Source: Candidatus Poriferisocius sp.
GTDB lineage: Bacteria > Actinomycetota > Acidimicrobiia > Acidimicrobiales > Bin134
Reading direction: 5' to 3'
Length of the DNA: 64,000 nt
Assembly: GCA_965208545.1 (NCBI GenBank)
Contig: OZ242341.1
Span: 3,492,288-3,556,287, forward strand
Part shown: positions 43,167 to 52,709 of the stretch, one piece after another
How positions within the stretch are numbered: position 1 is the stretch's first letter
How the letters are laid out: the number at the start of each line of letters is the position of its first letter
The notes under the pieces: generated by a model
The model's input: only the letters and a program-made list of their open reading frames with translations
The model's database searches: none
Told to the model about the DNA's origin: nothing
Translations under genes and position numbers: made by a program

Positions 43167-45725
43167 GTGGCCTCCAAGAATACAGCCCGCCCTCCCAGCA
43201 CCTACCGCCACGAAACAGCCAGCCGAGTGAACCAGCCCACTATCGAATCTTCCAGCTTGCTCGATGCTAAGGACAAAGCACCCAAGGAATTCACCGCCGA
43301 ACCGGCACCACATGAGCTGGTCCCTGTGGACACAGCGAAGACCGAGTATTCAGACGAACCGCAGCCCCGCCTGGCCTGGGACCGCCAAGGCCGCACATCC
43401 TCCGCTGACAAGCCGACCGAGTTCGCCGGGACCCCTCTCTATACGCGAGAAAAGGTCAACCCGCTCAGCATGATCGACCAGCTACGCAAACCCGGTGTCG
43501 GAGTGCCGTACAACCTGTTTGACGACTTCAACGGCCTCCCAGCCGATGCACAGAAATGGGAGTTCTACCAGCACTCCGGCCACTGGCAGAACCGCCTCAT
43601 CCACGGCGACAGCAGCCAGGTTATGCAATCCCTGATCGCCCGAGACGGCCTCGCAGGGCAAGTTCAGATGATCTACTTCGACCCGCCCTACGGTATCGGG
43701 TTCAAATCAAACTTCATGTCACAAACGGGCCGAACCGACGCGACCGACATCCCCTTTGGGGATACCGCACCAATTCAAGCATTCAGAGACACCTATCGAA
43801 ATGGCATCCACTCCTATTTGGACGAAATCCATGAGCGGCTCGCCCTTTTTCGTGAACTACTGGCCGACAGCGGCTCCCTATTCATGCAGATTGGTGATGA
43901 GAATGTCCATCGGGCCGCGGTCCTTTTGGACGAAGTATTTGGAGCGAGCAACAGAATTGCCACCATTCCATACACCACAGCAGGCAGCTCCTCCTCCCGA
44001 ACACTCCCAAGCGTTGCGGATTTCCTGCTCTGGTACGCAAAAGACAAAGCGCAAGTCAAGTACCACCAACTCTACGAACGTTTGAGCAGAGCCGAGAAAA
44101 TCGAATACATGAGTTCTTATGCAATGGTCGAGCTTGAAGACGGAACTACCCGCTCCCTCAAAAGAGAGGAGAGGCTTGATCCCGACGCCCAACTGCCTGC
44201 CGGTGCCCGAGTCTACAGAAGGATGCGCCTAGTCTCTCCCGGCATCTCGACAACGGGTCGGTCAGAACCTTATCAATGGGATGGCTTCAGATGGCCTTGC
44301 CCTCCGGGAATGCAGTGGGCCGTATCGCCCGAAGGACTTGACCGCCTAGCTGAGCTTGAGAGATTTGACGCCGCTGGTCCTGACTCTGAACTCAGCTGGA
44401 AACGGTATGAAGATGAGATGCCTGGCCGCCTAATCACCAATATGTGGCACCGCCAGATGTCAGCTTCCGGGAAGCGCTATGCCGTGCAAACTGCCAACTC
44501 GGTGATCGAGAGATGTATCCAGATGACAACCGATCCTGGCGATCTCGTGCTTGATCCAACTTGCGGCTCCGGCGTTACCGCTTATCTTGCAGAACATTGG
44601 GGACGAAGGTGGATAACCATCGACGTTGGACGGGTTGCCATAGCCGTCGCACGCCGCCATCTGCTCACATCGACATATCCCTGGTATCGGACCATGAATG
44701 ATGGCAGCGATCCCCTCTATGGCTTTGTGGTTGAGAAAATTCAGAGGGTGTCCACGTCCGCTCTTGCCTACGACACCGTTGACGACCCCGAGAACGCGAT
44801 CCATCTCGTTGACCGCCCCAAGGAGGACAGGAAACGCAAGCGCCTGACTGGCCCGTTCACTGTCGAATCGGCCAGCCCGTTCACTTATTTGCCGTTCGAC
44901 TCCGAAGATCCGAGGCCGGAGGACTTGGGAACCGCTTCTGGCGAAGACGCTGAACGGCTCTTGGAGGCTCTGGTGGGCAATCCGATCTGCGACAGTGACG
45001 GCGATGCCGTTTTGGAGGTGGCCGAGATCGTTCCCTGGCCGGGGGGCCGTCTCGTAACCCACGAGGCGGACTGCACCTCACCTGGTCGCCAGGCCAGGCT
45101 GACCGCCGCGGTGATGCTCGCCGCCCCAGACGTGACCGTAACCGCCGACCAGATTGCTGCGGCCGCGGCGGAGGCCCGCAGGGGCAGCAGCGACATCTCC
45201 GACCTGATCGTCGTCGCCAGCGCGTTCGACAACAACGCCCCCCACGCCGCCGGGTCGGTCAAGGTCCACAAGGTAGCCACCGCCCAAGATCTCCAAATCG
45301 CCGCTCTGGCCGGAGGCCCCGACCGGGGGGCGCTCACTCTGCTCGCCGAACCGGACGTATGGCTTGACAACACCGACGACGGGAACCTGATAGTCACCCT
45401 CGCCGGGTACGACACCTACGATCCGGCAAAGGGCAACGTCCGCTCCTCTATGGGCGACGACGTGGACTGCTGGATGATCGACACTGACCACGACGGGATG
45501 GCGTTCTTCCCCCGTCTCGTCTACTTGCCCGCCTACAAGCGCGGAGACAGCAACATCAAGAACCTGCTCAAAGCTCTGGGCAAAGACCTCGACCCCGCCG
45601 CTGCCGATGCCCTCTGCGGCCTTGAATCCCAGCCGTTCTCCCCGCCCTCAGAGGGGAACAGCATCGCCGTCAAAATCATCACCCGAGCCGGGGCGGAGAT
45701 GACCACGATTGTGGAACGCCCGTGA
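43167..45725 (+). CDS. Beta-class N6A/N4C DNA methyltransferase (Mod-like) with long N- and C-terminal extensions
   Basis: Motif IV MIYFDPPYGIGF precedes motif I LDPTCGSGVTAYLAE, which is the beta-class order. The GTG at 43167 is 2 nt after the res stop. The upstream 280 codons of the ORF overlap res. Confidence 0.85.
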   Translation: MASKNTARPPSTYRHETASRVNQPTIESSSLLDAKDKAPKEFTAEPAPHELVPVDTAKTEYSDEPQPRLAWDRQGRTSSADKPTEFAGTPLYTREKVNPLSMIDQLRKPGVGVPYNLFDDFNGLPADAQKWEFYQHSGHWQNRLIHGDSSQVMQSLIARDGLAGQVQMIYFDPPYGIGFKSNFMSQTGRTDATDIPFGDTAPIQAFRDTYRNGIHSYLDEIHERLALFRELLADSGSLFMQIGDENVHRAAVLLDEVFGASNRIATIPYTTAGSSSSRTLPSVADFLLWYAKDKAQVKYHQLYERLSRAEKIEYMSSYAMVELEDGTTRSLKREERLDPDAQLPAGARVYRRMRLVSPGISTTGRSEPYQWDGFRWPCPPGMQWAVSPEGLDRLAELERFDAAGPDSELSWKRYEDEMPGRLITNMWHRQMSASGKRYAVQTANSVIERCIQMTTDPGDLVLDPTCGSGVTAYLAEHWGRRWITIDVGRVAIAVARRHLLTSTYPWYRTMNDGSDPLYGFVVEKIQRVSTSALAYDTVDDPENAIHLVDRPKEDRKRKRLTGPFTVESASPFTYLPFDSEDPRPEDLGTASGEDAERLLEALVGNPICDSDGDAVLEVAEIVPWPGGRLVTHEADCTSPGRQARLTAAVMLAAPDVTVTADQIAAAAAEARRGSSDISDLIVVASAFDNNAPHAAGSVKVHKVATAQDLQIAALAGGPDRGALTLLAEPDVWLDNTDDGNLIVTLAGYDTYDPAKGNVRSSMGDDVDCWMIDTDHDGMAFFPRLVYLPAYKRGDSNIKNLLKALGKDLDPAAADALCGLESQPFSPPSEGNSIAVKIITRAGAEMTTIVERP

Positions 45726-45780
45726 TGTCCGAAGCAGCGCAGCGGAAAGGGTAGCCAGCGTGATAGGCGTGGACGCGGCC

Positions 45781-46719
45781 ATGAAGTTCGGCCAATATCT
45801 CGTCGGCCTGTTTGCCGACCCCCTTTTGGCAACCTGGAAGGCAAAGCGGACGGTTGAGGCCAACAAAATTCTGGCCCACGGTCAGGCCGACGTGATGGAG
45901 ATACTCGCAGCAGGAGAAGCGAGGGCCTCAGTAGGCGCGATGCTTGAACTGATCGAAGGATCTCAGTCCGTCCAAGAGCGTGTCGATAGGAGCATCGAAC
46001 AGCAGGTCGAGTCCCATTTTGAGAAGCGCCTTCACAATCTCGCTCAGATAGCCCAAAAGGCCATGCAGGCCCTACCTCAAGGCGACGTTCCGGATGTTGA
46101 GCCGGATATGGCCTGGACCTCCAGCTACTCCAGCTCTGCCCAGAACATCTCCTCAGAGGACATGCAAGAGATGTGGGCAAGGATTCTGGCTGGCGAAGTG
46201 GAAAACCAGGGCAGCACATCAATTAGAACGCTTGGGGTCTTGAGCGACCTCGATCAGCCCACAGCCCAACTGTTCAAGCGATTGTGTTCGCTGTCTGTAT
46301 CCCTCTCAATTCCAGGAACCGACCTTTACGACCACCGCGTGCCGTCCTTGGGGGGACACGCAGCGCAGAACTCCCTGGGTACCTATGGCCTCTCATTCGA
46401 CAAGCTCAACATTCTCAATGAATTCCGATTGGTGCACAACGACTATGGGGCGAGGTTTGACTATCGAACCTGCATCAGGCCGCTCCCACTGACATTCAGA
46501 TATCAGGGCCAGCATTGGGCGCTAATGAGCGAAGCGGAGTGGGATACCAAAAGGGAATTGCAGCTTTCAGGGGTTGTGCTGACAATGGCTGGGAGGGAGC
46601 TGTCTAGGGTTGTGGAACTTGAGGAGGTTCCAGAGTACGACGCTGCACTCAGGGGCCATTTTTCCCAACACGGCCTAGAGATGGTACGGGCGCAACCAGT
46701 CATAGTTGAGCAGCAGTAG
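45781..46719 (+). CDS. DUF2806-like protein
   Basis: ISSEDMQEMWARILAGEVENQGSTSIRTLGVLSDLDQPTAQLFKRL matches the DUF2806 core pattern. An alternative GTG start lies at 45760. Confidence 0.55.
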   Translation: MKFGQYLVGLFADPLLATWKAKRTVEANKILAHGQADVMEILAAGEARASVGAMLELIEGSQSVQERVDRSIEQQVESHFEKRLHNLAQIAQKAMQALPQGDVPDVEPDMAWTSSYSSSAQNISSEDMQEMWARILAGEVENQGSTSIRTLGVLSDLDQPTAQLFKRLCSLSVSLSIPGTDLYDHRVPSLGGHAAQNSLGTYGLSFDKLNILNEFRLVHNDYGARFDYRTCIRPLPLTFRYQGQHWALMSEAEWDTKRELQLSGVVLTMAGRELSRVVELEEVPEYDAALRGHFSQHGLEMVRAQPVIVEQQ

Positions 46720-46853
46720 TGGCACTCTGCCCCATCACTGCGCAAAGGTCTCCCAAGGGGGCTTTTGCTGATAGGCAACAGGCCCGGATGTAAGGTGCAT
46801 CGGCAGTTTGGCATTGGCGTCCCGATCTGTGAGTAGCTCCTTCAACATGGAGT

Positions 46854-48251
46854 TCAGATGGCCGGCGGGCTCTGCTTCTTCGCCCTCTGGTTTCGCCGGC
46901 GGCGGATCCACCAGATGAGGGCGGCGATGGCTGCGATTATGGGGAGGAAGGGCAGCACTACGCCGACCACGATCAGGATCACGCTGAACACGGCCACCAC
47001 GCCGCTGGCGCCGTCGGAGACGGAGTCGCCGAACCCGGGCAGGGCATCGTCGGTGTCCACCTGCACCCACACCACCGACTCGCCCCACACCTCGTCGAGG
47101 GCGGTGCCGTCGAAGTTGACCGGGGTGGCGGTCACTTCGAGTTCGATGGGCAGTCCCCTGGTGGCCACTCGGCCGGCCAGCCGACCGTCTTCGATGGGCA
47201 GCTCCAGCACCGCGGCCATGAGCTCGTTGGGTTCGATGCGGTTGAAGTTGCCCTGGACGGGTCGGAAGTTGTCCAGGTTGAGACGCAGGTTGCGGGTACT
47301 CACCTCCACGTCGGTGAGCGCCGAGGTGCCCGAGTTCTCCACCTCCAAGCAGAGGTAGACATCGGTTTCGGGCTCCACGGTTATGTTCTGCACGCCCAGG
47401 CACGGGTCGTCGGCGCTTTCGGACACCCAAGCGGTGACCAGGATGCCGGTGTCGGGCAGCACGGTGGGCGACTGGGTGATGGTGAGCGTGATGGTGGCCA
47501 GATCAACCTGGTTTTCCAGGGTGCGAAGTTGACCCCGCAGCCGCTCCAAGGTGGTCTCCCGATCGAGCAGCTCTCGCTCGAGCTCGGCAACGTCTTCGAG
47601 GTCGGTGGCCTGCTGGAGGAAGTTCCGTAGGCGGTCCACGCTGGCCTCGGCGGTGATGATGTGGCTTCTCAGATCAACGATGATCTCGGTCACGTCGTCG
47701 GAAGTGATGGACTGGTCGACCAGCTTTCCCACCCCCGACAGCCGTTCGAGAGCGGTGGAGAAGTCCTGGGGCAGCACCTTGAAGGTGATGTTGGTACGGG
47801 GACTGGGTTCAGTTCGCGTGTTCTGGGAGAACACGATGCCGCCCAGCCTCTGCACGATGGCCACCGCCTCCCGGCTGGCCGCCTCCACGTCTTCGGCCTG
47901 CACGGAGATCTCGGCGGTGTAGATGATGTCTCGGCCCAGATCAGCGGGGGTGAGGGCAGTGGGAACAGCCAGGCCGCCGTCGTCGCTGACGGTTTCGACG
48001 ATTGCGACTTCCTCGCTGGCAGCCTCTTCCATAGGCGCATCATCCGACGCCGGCCTATCGAGCCCCTCAGATGTGCTTTCGACGGAAGCCGCGGGCATGT
48101 CGTAGTCGGCCGGAGCGGCCGCACCGGCGTCGTCATCGCCATTGGCACCGCAGGCGGCAAACAGCACGAAGAAAGCGCTGAGCACCGCCAGCAGAACGAA
48201 GATGAGCCGACGACGTCGTGATTCGGCTGGAGTGCGATTGGTGTCGGGCAT
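46854..48251 (-). CDS. DUF4349-like secreted/membrane-anchored protein
   Basis: N-terminal TM/lipobox-like FAAC-G. The central region IIYTAEISVQAEDVEAASREAVAIVQRLGGIVFSQN...coiled coil...DLATITLTI is typical of DUF4349. A C-terminal TM helix and basic tail follow. Confidence 0.6.
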   Translation of the reverse strand: MPDTNRTPAESRRRRLIFVLLAVLSAFFVLFAACGANGDDDAGAAAPADYDMPAASVESTSEGLDRPASDDAPMEEAASEEVAIVETVSDDGGLAVPTALTPADLGRDIIYTAEISVQAEDVEAASREAVAIVQRLGGIVFSQNTRTEPSPRTNITFKVLPQDFSTALERLSGVGKLVDQSITSDDVTEIIVDLRSHIITAEASVDRLRNFLQQATDLEDVAELERELLDRETTLERLRGQLRTLENQVDLATITLTITQSPTVLPDTGILVTAWVSESADDPCLGVQNITVEPETDVYLCLEVENSGTSALTDVEVSTRNLRLNLDNFRPVQGNFNRIEPNELMAAVLELPIEDGRLAGRVATRGLPIELEVTATPVNFDGTALDEVWGESVVWVQVDTDDALPGFGDSVSDGASGVVAVFSVILIVVGVVLPFLPIIAAIAALIWWIRRRRNQRAKKQSPPAI

Positions 48252-48283
48252 GGTGTTTCTCCCCCGTGTGTGTTGTCAGATAT

Positions 48284-48309
48284 GACGAAGGCCAAGCCCG
48301 CTGGGTTCC
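48284..48309 (-). promoter_or_regulatory. ECF-type promoter candidate for the DUF4349 gene
   Basis: The minus strand reads GGAAC (48309-48305), 17 nt, CGTC (48287-48284), about 30 bp upstream of the start at 48251. It is divergent from the adjacent ECF sigma gene. Confidence 0.4.
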
Positions 48310-48385
48310 CCGAGCGATCAACTAGTGCTGTGTTACCGGTGGGTACCCTCAGAGCATCAGGGGCGCAGCTGACGACACAGATCTG

Positions 48386-48931
48386 GTGAAGAAAGCCCAA
48401 AAGGGCGACCAGGCCGCGTTCGATGCCCTGCTGCGTCGGCACTACAACCAGATCTATGCCGTCTGCCGGCGGTTGGCCGGCAACGAGGCCGATGCCCTGG
48501 ATGCCACCCAGGAGGCCCTCATTACCTTGGTACGGCGCATTGACCGCTTCGACGGGCGCTCAAAGTTCACTACCTGGATGCATCGGGTGGTGGTCAACGC
48601 TTGTCTGGACGAATTGCGGCGTCGCGGTCGGCGGCCAGTGCCTACCGCGGTGGAGGAACAGCCCTTGGCGGCTGCCGAGCGGCCGGTAGCTGAGGTGGTG
48701 GCCGATCGGCTCGATATTGAATCTGCCCTGGCTCAGCTGCCCGGGTCATTCCGGGTGCCGCTGGTGCTGTGCGACCAGCTGGGCATGAGTTACGAGGAGA
48801 TCGCCCAGGAGATGGACATTCCCCCGGGAACGGTGAGATCTCGCATTTCCCGGGGGCGTCGACGCTTGGCCGAGGTGCTGAGCGGGAACCCAGAGGGCCC
48901 TGGCCAACGTCACACTGGGGAGAAACCATGA
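48386..48931 (+). CDS. ECF sigma factor (SigM-like by position)
   Basis: Region 2 is ALDATQEALITLVRRIDRF and WMHRVVVNACLDELRR. Region 4 is LCDQLGMSYEEIAQEMDIPPGTVRSRISRGR. It is located upstream of trxB-trxA as sigM is in mycobacteria. Confidence 0.85.
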   Translation: MKKAQKGDQAAFDALLRRHYNQIYAVCRRLAGNEADALDATQEALITLVRRIDRFDGRSKFTTWMHRVVVNACLDELRRRGRRPVPTAVEEQPLAAAERPVAEVVADRLDIESALAQLPGSFRVPLVLCDQLGMSYEEIAQEMDIPPGTVRSRISRGRRRLAEVLSGNPEGPGQRHTGEKP

Positions 48932-49929
48932 GCGACGAACGCGGCGATCTGACCCCACAGGAAATGGACGAGCTGGCCTCCGCCTATCTGGACGGGGAGG
49001 CCACGCCAGAAGAGGTCGCCCTAGTGGAGGGCGATCCCCACATTCAGGCTCTGGTGGAGGAGCTCCGGGCGGTGCAGGATCTGGTGGCCGCACCGGTAGA
49101 GGCGCCTTCCGACGAAGTGCGGGACCAGATGATCGCCCGGGCCCTGGATCACCGGGCCCCGGTGGTGTCGTTGGATACAGCCCGGCGGCGGCTGCGGGCC
49201 GTTCCCCCCCAGGCCAGGGTGATTCTGGCGGCGGCTGCGGTGATTGCAGCCATTGCATTGGTCGGTGTGACCATTTTTGAGAGGCAGGGTGACGAATTCG
49301 CTGATGACGACGGCATGGCGTCAGCTCCGGCAATGGCCGACGCGCCGGCCGACGCTGAGCCTGAAGCACCGGCGCCCGTTGCTGCGGCCGAAGCCGAGAG
49401 CTTGGAAGTTCCCGAAGAGTCGGCACCCATGGATGATTCAGACGACTCGGGAGAAGCCTTCGCAGCCGAAACCCCCGCCGAGCAGGCGGGAGATGAAGAA
49501 ATGGCCATTGAACTCAGCGAAGCCCCCATGGACGACGGCTACGCCGCCGACGCCCCGGCGGAAGACTCAGGCGAACCCGAGCCGATGATGGCCGATGAGC
49601 CAGAAACCGCACCAACCTCGGGCGAAGCCCTGTTGGTATTCGAAACCACGGCTGATCTTGCCGACTACGCGCTGCTACTCACCGAAGAGCTCATTTTCGT
49701 TCGGGAAACCGAAAGACTTGACGACGCCACCGAAGTGGACCTCTTGGGCTGCCCGCTGTTCCCAGACGAGGGTCTCGAACTGCTGGCCCGATTTGATGCA
49801 TTGGTGGACGAAGTCGACGTCCAGGTTTCCGTGTACCTCGCCGATATCGACTTGCAACTCATAGAGACAACTCCGCCCCCCGAATGCGCACCGCACAACG
49901 AGAGCATCTTCCTCGGCTCGCTGGAATAG
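48928..49929 (+). CDS. Membrane-spanning anti-sigma factor
   Basis: ATGA overlap with the sigma stop. The N-terminal anti-sigma-like helix is LASAYLDGEATPEE, the single TM is VILAAAAVIAAIALVGVTIF, and the extracytoplasmic region is acidic. Confidence 0.6.
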   Translation: MSDERGDLTPQEMDELASAYLDGEATPEEVALVEGDPHIQALVEELRAVQDLVAAPVEAPSDEVRDQMIARALDHRAPVVSLDTARRRLRAVPPQARVILAAAAVIAAIALVGVTIFERQGDEFADDDGMASAPAMADAPADAEPEAPAPVAAAEAESLEVPEESAPMDDSDDSGEAFAAETPAEQAGDEEMAIELSEAPMDDGYAADAPAEDSGEPEPMMADEPETAPTSGEALLVFETTADLADYALLLTEELIFVRETERLDDATEVDLLGCPLFPDEGLELLARFDALVDEVDVQVSVYLADIDLQLIETTPPPECAPHNESIFLGSLE

Positions 49930-49988
49930 CCCCCGCGCCCCGTCCACAACATCGGAAATGACATGCCTCGGCGGTAGTCTGAGGATCT

Positions 49989-50318
49989 ATGGCTAAAGCC
50001 TCTGAGCCTAAGGAAGACCCAACCACCGCTTCGATGCTGGGGCTGTCGGAGGACTGGCCAGAACAGGCAACCGATGCCGTTGTCAACACCGTGGACAAGG
50101 TCCGCGATGTGACCACCGGGCCGGTCGTCAACTTCACCCGCCTATTGGGTTATCTCGTCTTTGGGGTATTTCCCCTGATCATCGTGCTGGTGCTGGGCAT
50201 TATCGCCGCGGTGCGAGGGCTTGAGGTAGCCACTGGGAGGGCTTGGGCCGCCCACGGAATCCTCGGTCTGGTGTTTGTGTCGCTCGGGGCCTTTGCCTGG
50301 TCGAGGCGGCCCGCATGA
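49989..50318 (+). CDS. Small two-TM membrane protein
   Basis: 109 aa with hydrophobic segments LLGYLVFGVFPLIIVLVLGIIAAV and GILGLVFVSLGAFAW. The stop overlaps the trxB start (ATGA). Confidence 0.5.
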   Translation: MAKASEPKEDPTTASMLGLSEDWPEQATDAVVNTVDKVRDVTTGPVVNFTRLLGYLVFGVFPLIIVLVLGIIAAVRGLEVATGRAWAAHGILGLVFVSLGAFAWSRRPA

Positions 50319-51286
50319 CCGAGCAGGGCATCCGCAATGTGATCATCGTCGGCTCGGGTCCGGCTGGACTGACGGCGGCCATCTACTCGGCCCGCGCCAA
50401 CCTTGCTCCCTTGGTCATCGAAGGCGAGCCGTCCTCCACCAGCGACCAGCCCGGCGGCCAATTGATGCTCACCACCGACGTGGAGAACTACCCCGGGTTC
50501 CCCGACGGAGTGATGGGCCCGGAGCTGATGATCAAGTTCCGAGAGCAAGCCCAGCGATTCGGCGCCGAGATGCTTACCGACAAGGTCACCCGGGTCGATT
50601 TTTCAGGCCCACCCCACGGCGTGTGGGTCGGCGACCCGACTGCCCCCGAGCCCACTTACCGGGCCTGGGCGGTGATCGTGTCCACCGGAGCTCAGTCGCT
50701 CATGCTCGGCCTCGAGGCCGAGGAGAGGTTGATCGGCCACGGCTTGTCCACCTGCGCCACCTGCGACGGCTTTTTCTTCCGGGATCAGCACATCGCTGTG
50801 GTGGGCGGGGGCGACTCCGCCATGGAGGAAGCCACCTTTTTGACACGGTTTGCATCGAAAGTGACGGTCATACACCGACGAGACGAGTTGCGGGCCTCGA
50901 AGATCATGCAAGACCGGGCGTTCACCAACGACCGCATCGAATTCTTGTGGAACAACGTGGTAACCGATATTCGGGGCGACGAAAAGCTGGCCGGCATCGA
51001 GGTGCAGAACACAGTCACCGGAGAGGCTTCCGTGCTCGACGTGACCGGGCTCTTCATCGCCATCGGCCACCGACCCAATACCGACTTGTTCGAGGGGCAA
51101 CTAAAACGCAAAGAGAACGGGTATTTGGTTACCGAGCCCGACTCCAGCTGCACCGAGATCGAGGGGGTCTTCGCCTGCGGCGATGTGCAGGATGACTACT
51201 ACCGCCAGGCGGTTACCGCAGCGGGGTCGGGCTGCATGGCGGCTATCGACGCCGAGCGCTGGCTGGAGTCCGCCGGACACGGCTAA
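50315..51286 (+). CDS. trxB: Thioredoxin-disulfide reductase
   Basis: FAD motif VIIVGSGPAGLTAAIY, redox centre CATCDG, NADPH motif VVGGGDSAMEEA. Confidence 0.95.
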   Translation: MTEQGIRNVIIVGSGPAGLTAAIYSARANLAPLVIEGEPSSTSDQPGGQLMLTTDVENYPGFPDGVMGPELMIKFREQAQRFGAEMLTDKVTRVDFSGPPHGVWVGDPTAPEPTYRAWAVIVSTGAQSLMLGLEAEERLIGHGLSTCATCDGFFFRDQHIAVVGGGDSAMEEATFLTRFASKVTVIHRRDELRASKIMQDRAFTNDRIEFLWNNVVTDIRGDEKLAGIEVQNTVTGEASVLDVTGLFIAIGHRPNTDLFEGQLKRKENGYLVTEPDSSCTEIEGVFACGDVQDDYYRQAVTAAGSGCMAAIDAERWLESAGHG

Positions 51287-51348
51287 TCCCAAGAACCGCT
51301 GATAGGCTGACCGTTCCCCGACCGAATCGAACGAAGGGACGCCCAAAG

Positions 51349-51678
51349 ATGGCAGAGAGCATCACCACGCTCACCAACGAAACATTCGACGAGGTCATCG
51401 GCAGCGCTGAACTGCCGGTCGTGGTCGATTTCTGGGCTGAGTGGTGCGGCCCTTGCAAGATGATCGCCCCGATCCTCGATGAGATCGCGGTGGAGAAGGC
51501 TGGCGTGATCAGCGTGGCCAAGCTCAACGTGGACGACGCCCAAGACGTTGCGCTGCGTTATCAAGTTATGAGCATTCCCACGTTGATCGTGTTCAAAGAC
51601 GGAGAACCGGCCAAGCGGATCGTCGGTGCCAAGGGCAAGCAGCAGCTGCTCCAGGAGATCGGCGAAGTCGCCTTTTGA
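51349..51678 (+). CDS. trxA: Thioredoxin
   Basis: Active site WAEWCGPCK; 109 aa. Confidence 0.95.
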   Translation: MAESITTLTNETFDEVIGSAELPVVVDFWAEWCGPCKMIAPILDEIAVEKAGVISVAKLNVDDAQDVALRYQVMSIPTLIVFKDGEPAKRIVGAKGKQQLLQEIGEVAF

Positions 51679-51728
51679 TTGTCCACCCACGCTCGTAATC
51701 TGCGGGGGGCGCAGCAGGAGCGCACAAA

Positions 51729-52709
51729 TTGGCCGATTACCACCCCCCTACCCTCAAGCGAGGAGACGAGAGCGACGACGTCGTTGCCTTGCAGCAGAAG
51801 CTGGCGACTGCGGGCTTTGCCCTGGCCCTTTCTGCAAACGGGATCTTCGATGCCTCTACCGCAGCCGCTGTAGCCGACTTCCAAGCCAGCCGCGGTCTTA
51901 GCGTCGACGGAATCTGCGGACCGCACACCTGGACCGCCCTGCAGGAAGCCAGCTGGGCCCTCGGCGACCGCAACCTCTTCTTGAGCCAGCCCATGCTGAG
52001 GGGCGACGATGTGGCCGAGTTGCAGCTTCGGCTCGGCTCAATGGGATTCGATGCGGGCCGGGTGGACGGGATATTCGGACCCGATACCGCCGGTGCGGTT
52101 GAGGAATTCCAGCTCAACAGCGGATTGGTGGCCGACGCGGTGTGCGGACCGGAGACCACCGCGGCGTTGCTGCGCATGTCTGCCCGAGTCACCCCGGCCA
52201 CGGTGGCAACGGTTCGGGAGCGGGCCAAGCTCCAGCGAACCCCCCGCCGGCTGACCGAACAGCACATCATGATCGCGTCATCGAACACAATGGCCGCGGT
52301 GGCCGGAGAATTGGCCACCGGTCTGCGGCGGTCGGGGGCGACCGTCAGCGAGGCTTGCGACTGGCCCGAATCCGACCGCGTCGACGAGGCCAACCGGCTT
52401 GAAGTGGACGTGTACTTGGGCTTGCTCCCATCAGAGGAAGCAGCATGCCGAGTGGCGTATTTTGCCACCGAGGGGTTCGTCTCCCCCGGCGGCCAGCGCT
52501 TGGCCAGCATTCTGGGCCAACGACTGCCGGCGGCATTGGGCATCGAAAGCGCCAACGTGAGGGGGATGCGGTTGCCCGTACTGCGTCACACCCGCATGAC
52601 CGCGGTCCAGTGCCTCGTCGGTCCTCCCGGCCTGGTTCAAGCCCGCCTCTCGCCCCTTGCCCGCTCTATCGAAGGCGGCCTGGCCTCTTGGGCAACCAGA
52701 CCGGCCTAA
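51729..52709 (+). CDS. Protein with two PG_binding_1 domains and an amidase_3-like C-terminal domain (CwlM-like)
   Basis: Two repeats of G..G..V..LQ..L...G......DG.FG..T..AV..FQ, then an amidase_3-like C-terminus (LEVDVYLGL...VLRHTRMTAVQC). It occupies the cwlM position after trxA. The ORF-track start is TTG. Confidence 0.7.
   Translation: MADYHPPTLKRGDESDDVVALQQKLATAGFALALSANGIFDASTAAAVADFQASRGLSVDGICGPHTWTALQEASWALGDRNLFLSQPMLRGDDVAELQLRLGSMGFDAGRVDGIFGPDTAGAVEEFQLNSGLVADAVCGPETTAALLRMSARVTPATVATVRERAKLQRTPRRLTEQHIMIASSNTMAAVAGELATGLRRSGATVSEACDWPESDRVDEANRLEVDVYLGLLPSEEAACRVAYFATEGFVSPGGQRLASILGQRLPAALGIESANVRGMRLPVLRHTRMTAVQCLVGPPGLVQARLSPLARSIEGGLASWATRPA

Larger units (their letters stand above)
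36243..46853. other. AT-richer accessory insert (defence-island-like) between hpt and the DUF4349 gene
   Basis: All seven predicted genes are on the plus strand. Composition drops to 25/60 G+C in line 38881, versus 39/60 in hpt line 35701. The content is Abi-like, MBL, Res/Mod and DUF2806. No integrase, tRNA or convincing flanking direct repeat was seen. Confidence 0.55.
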
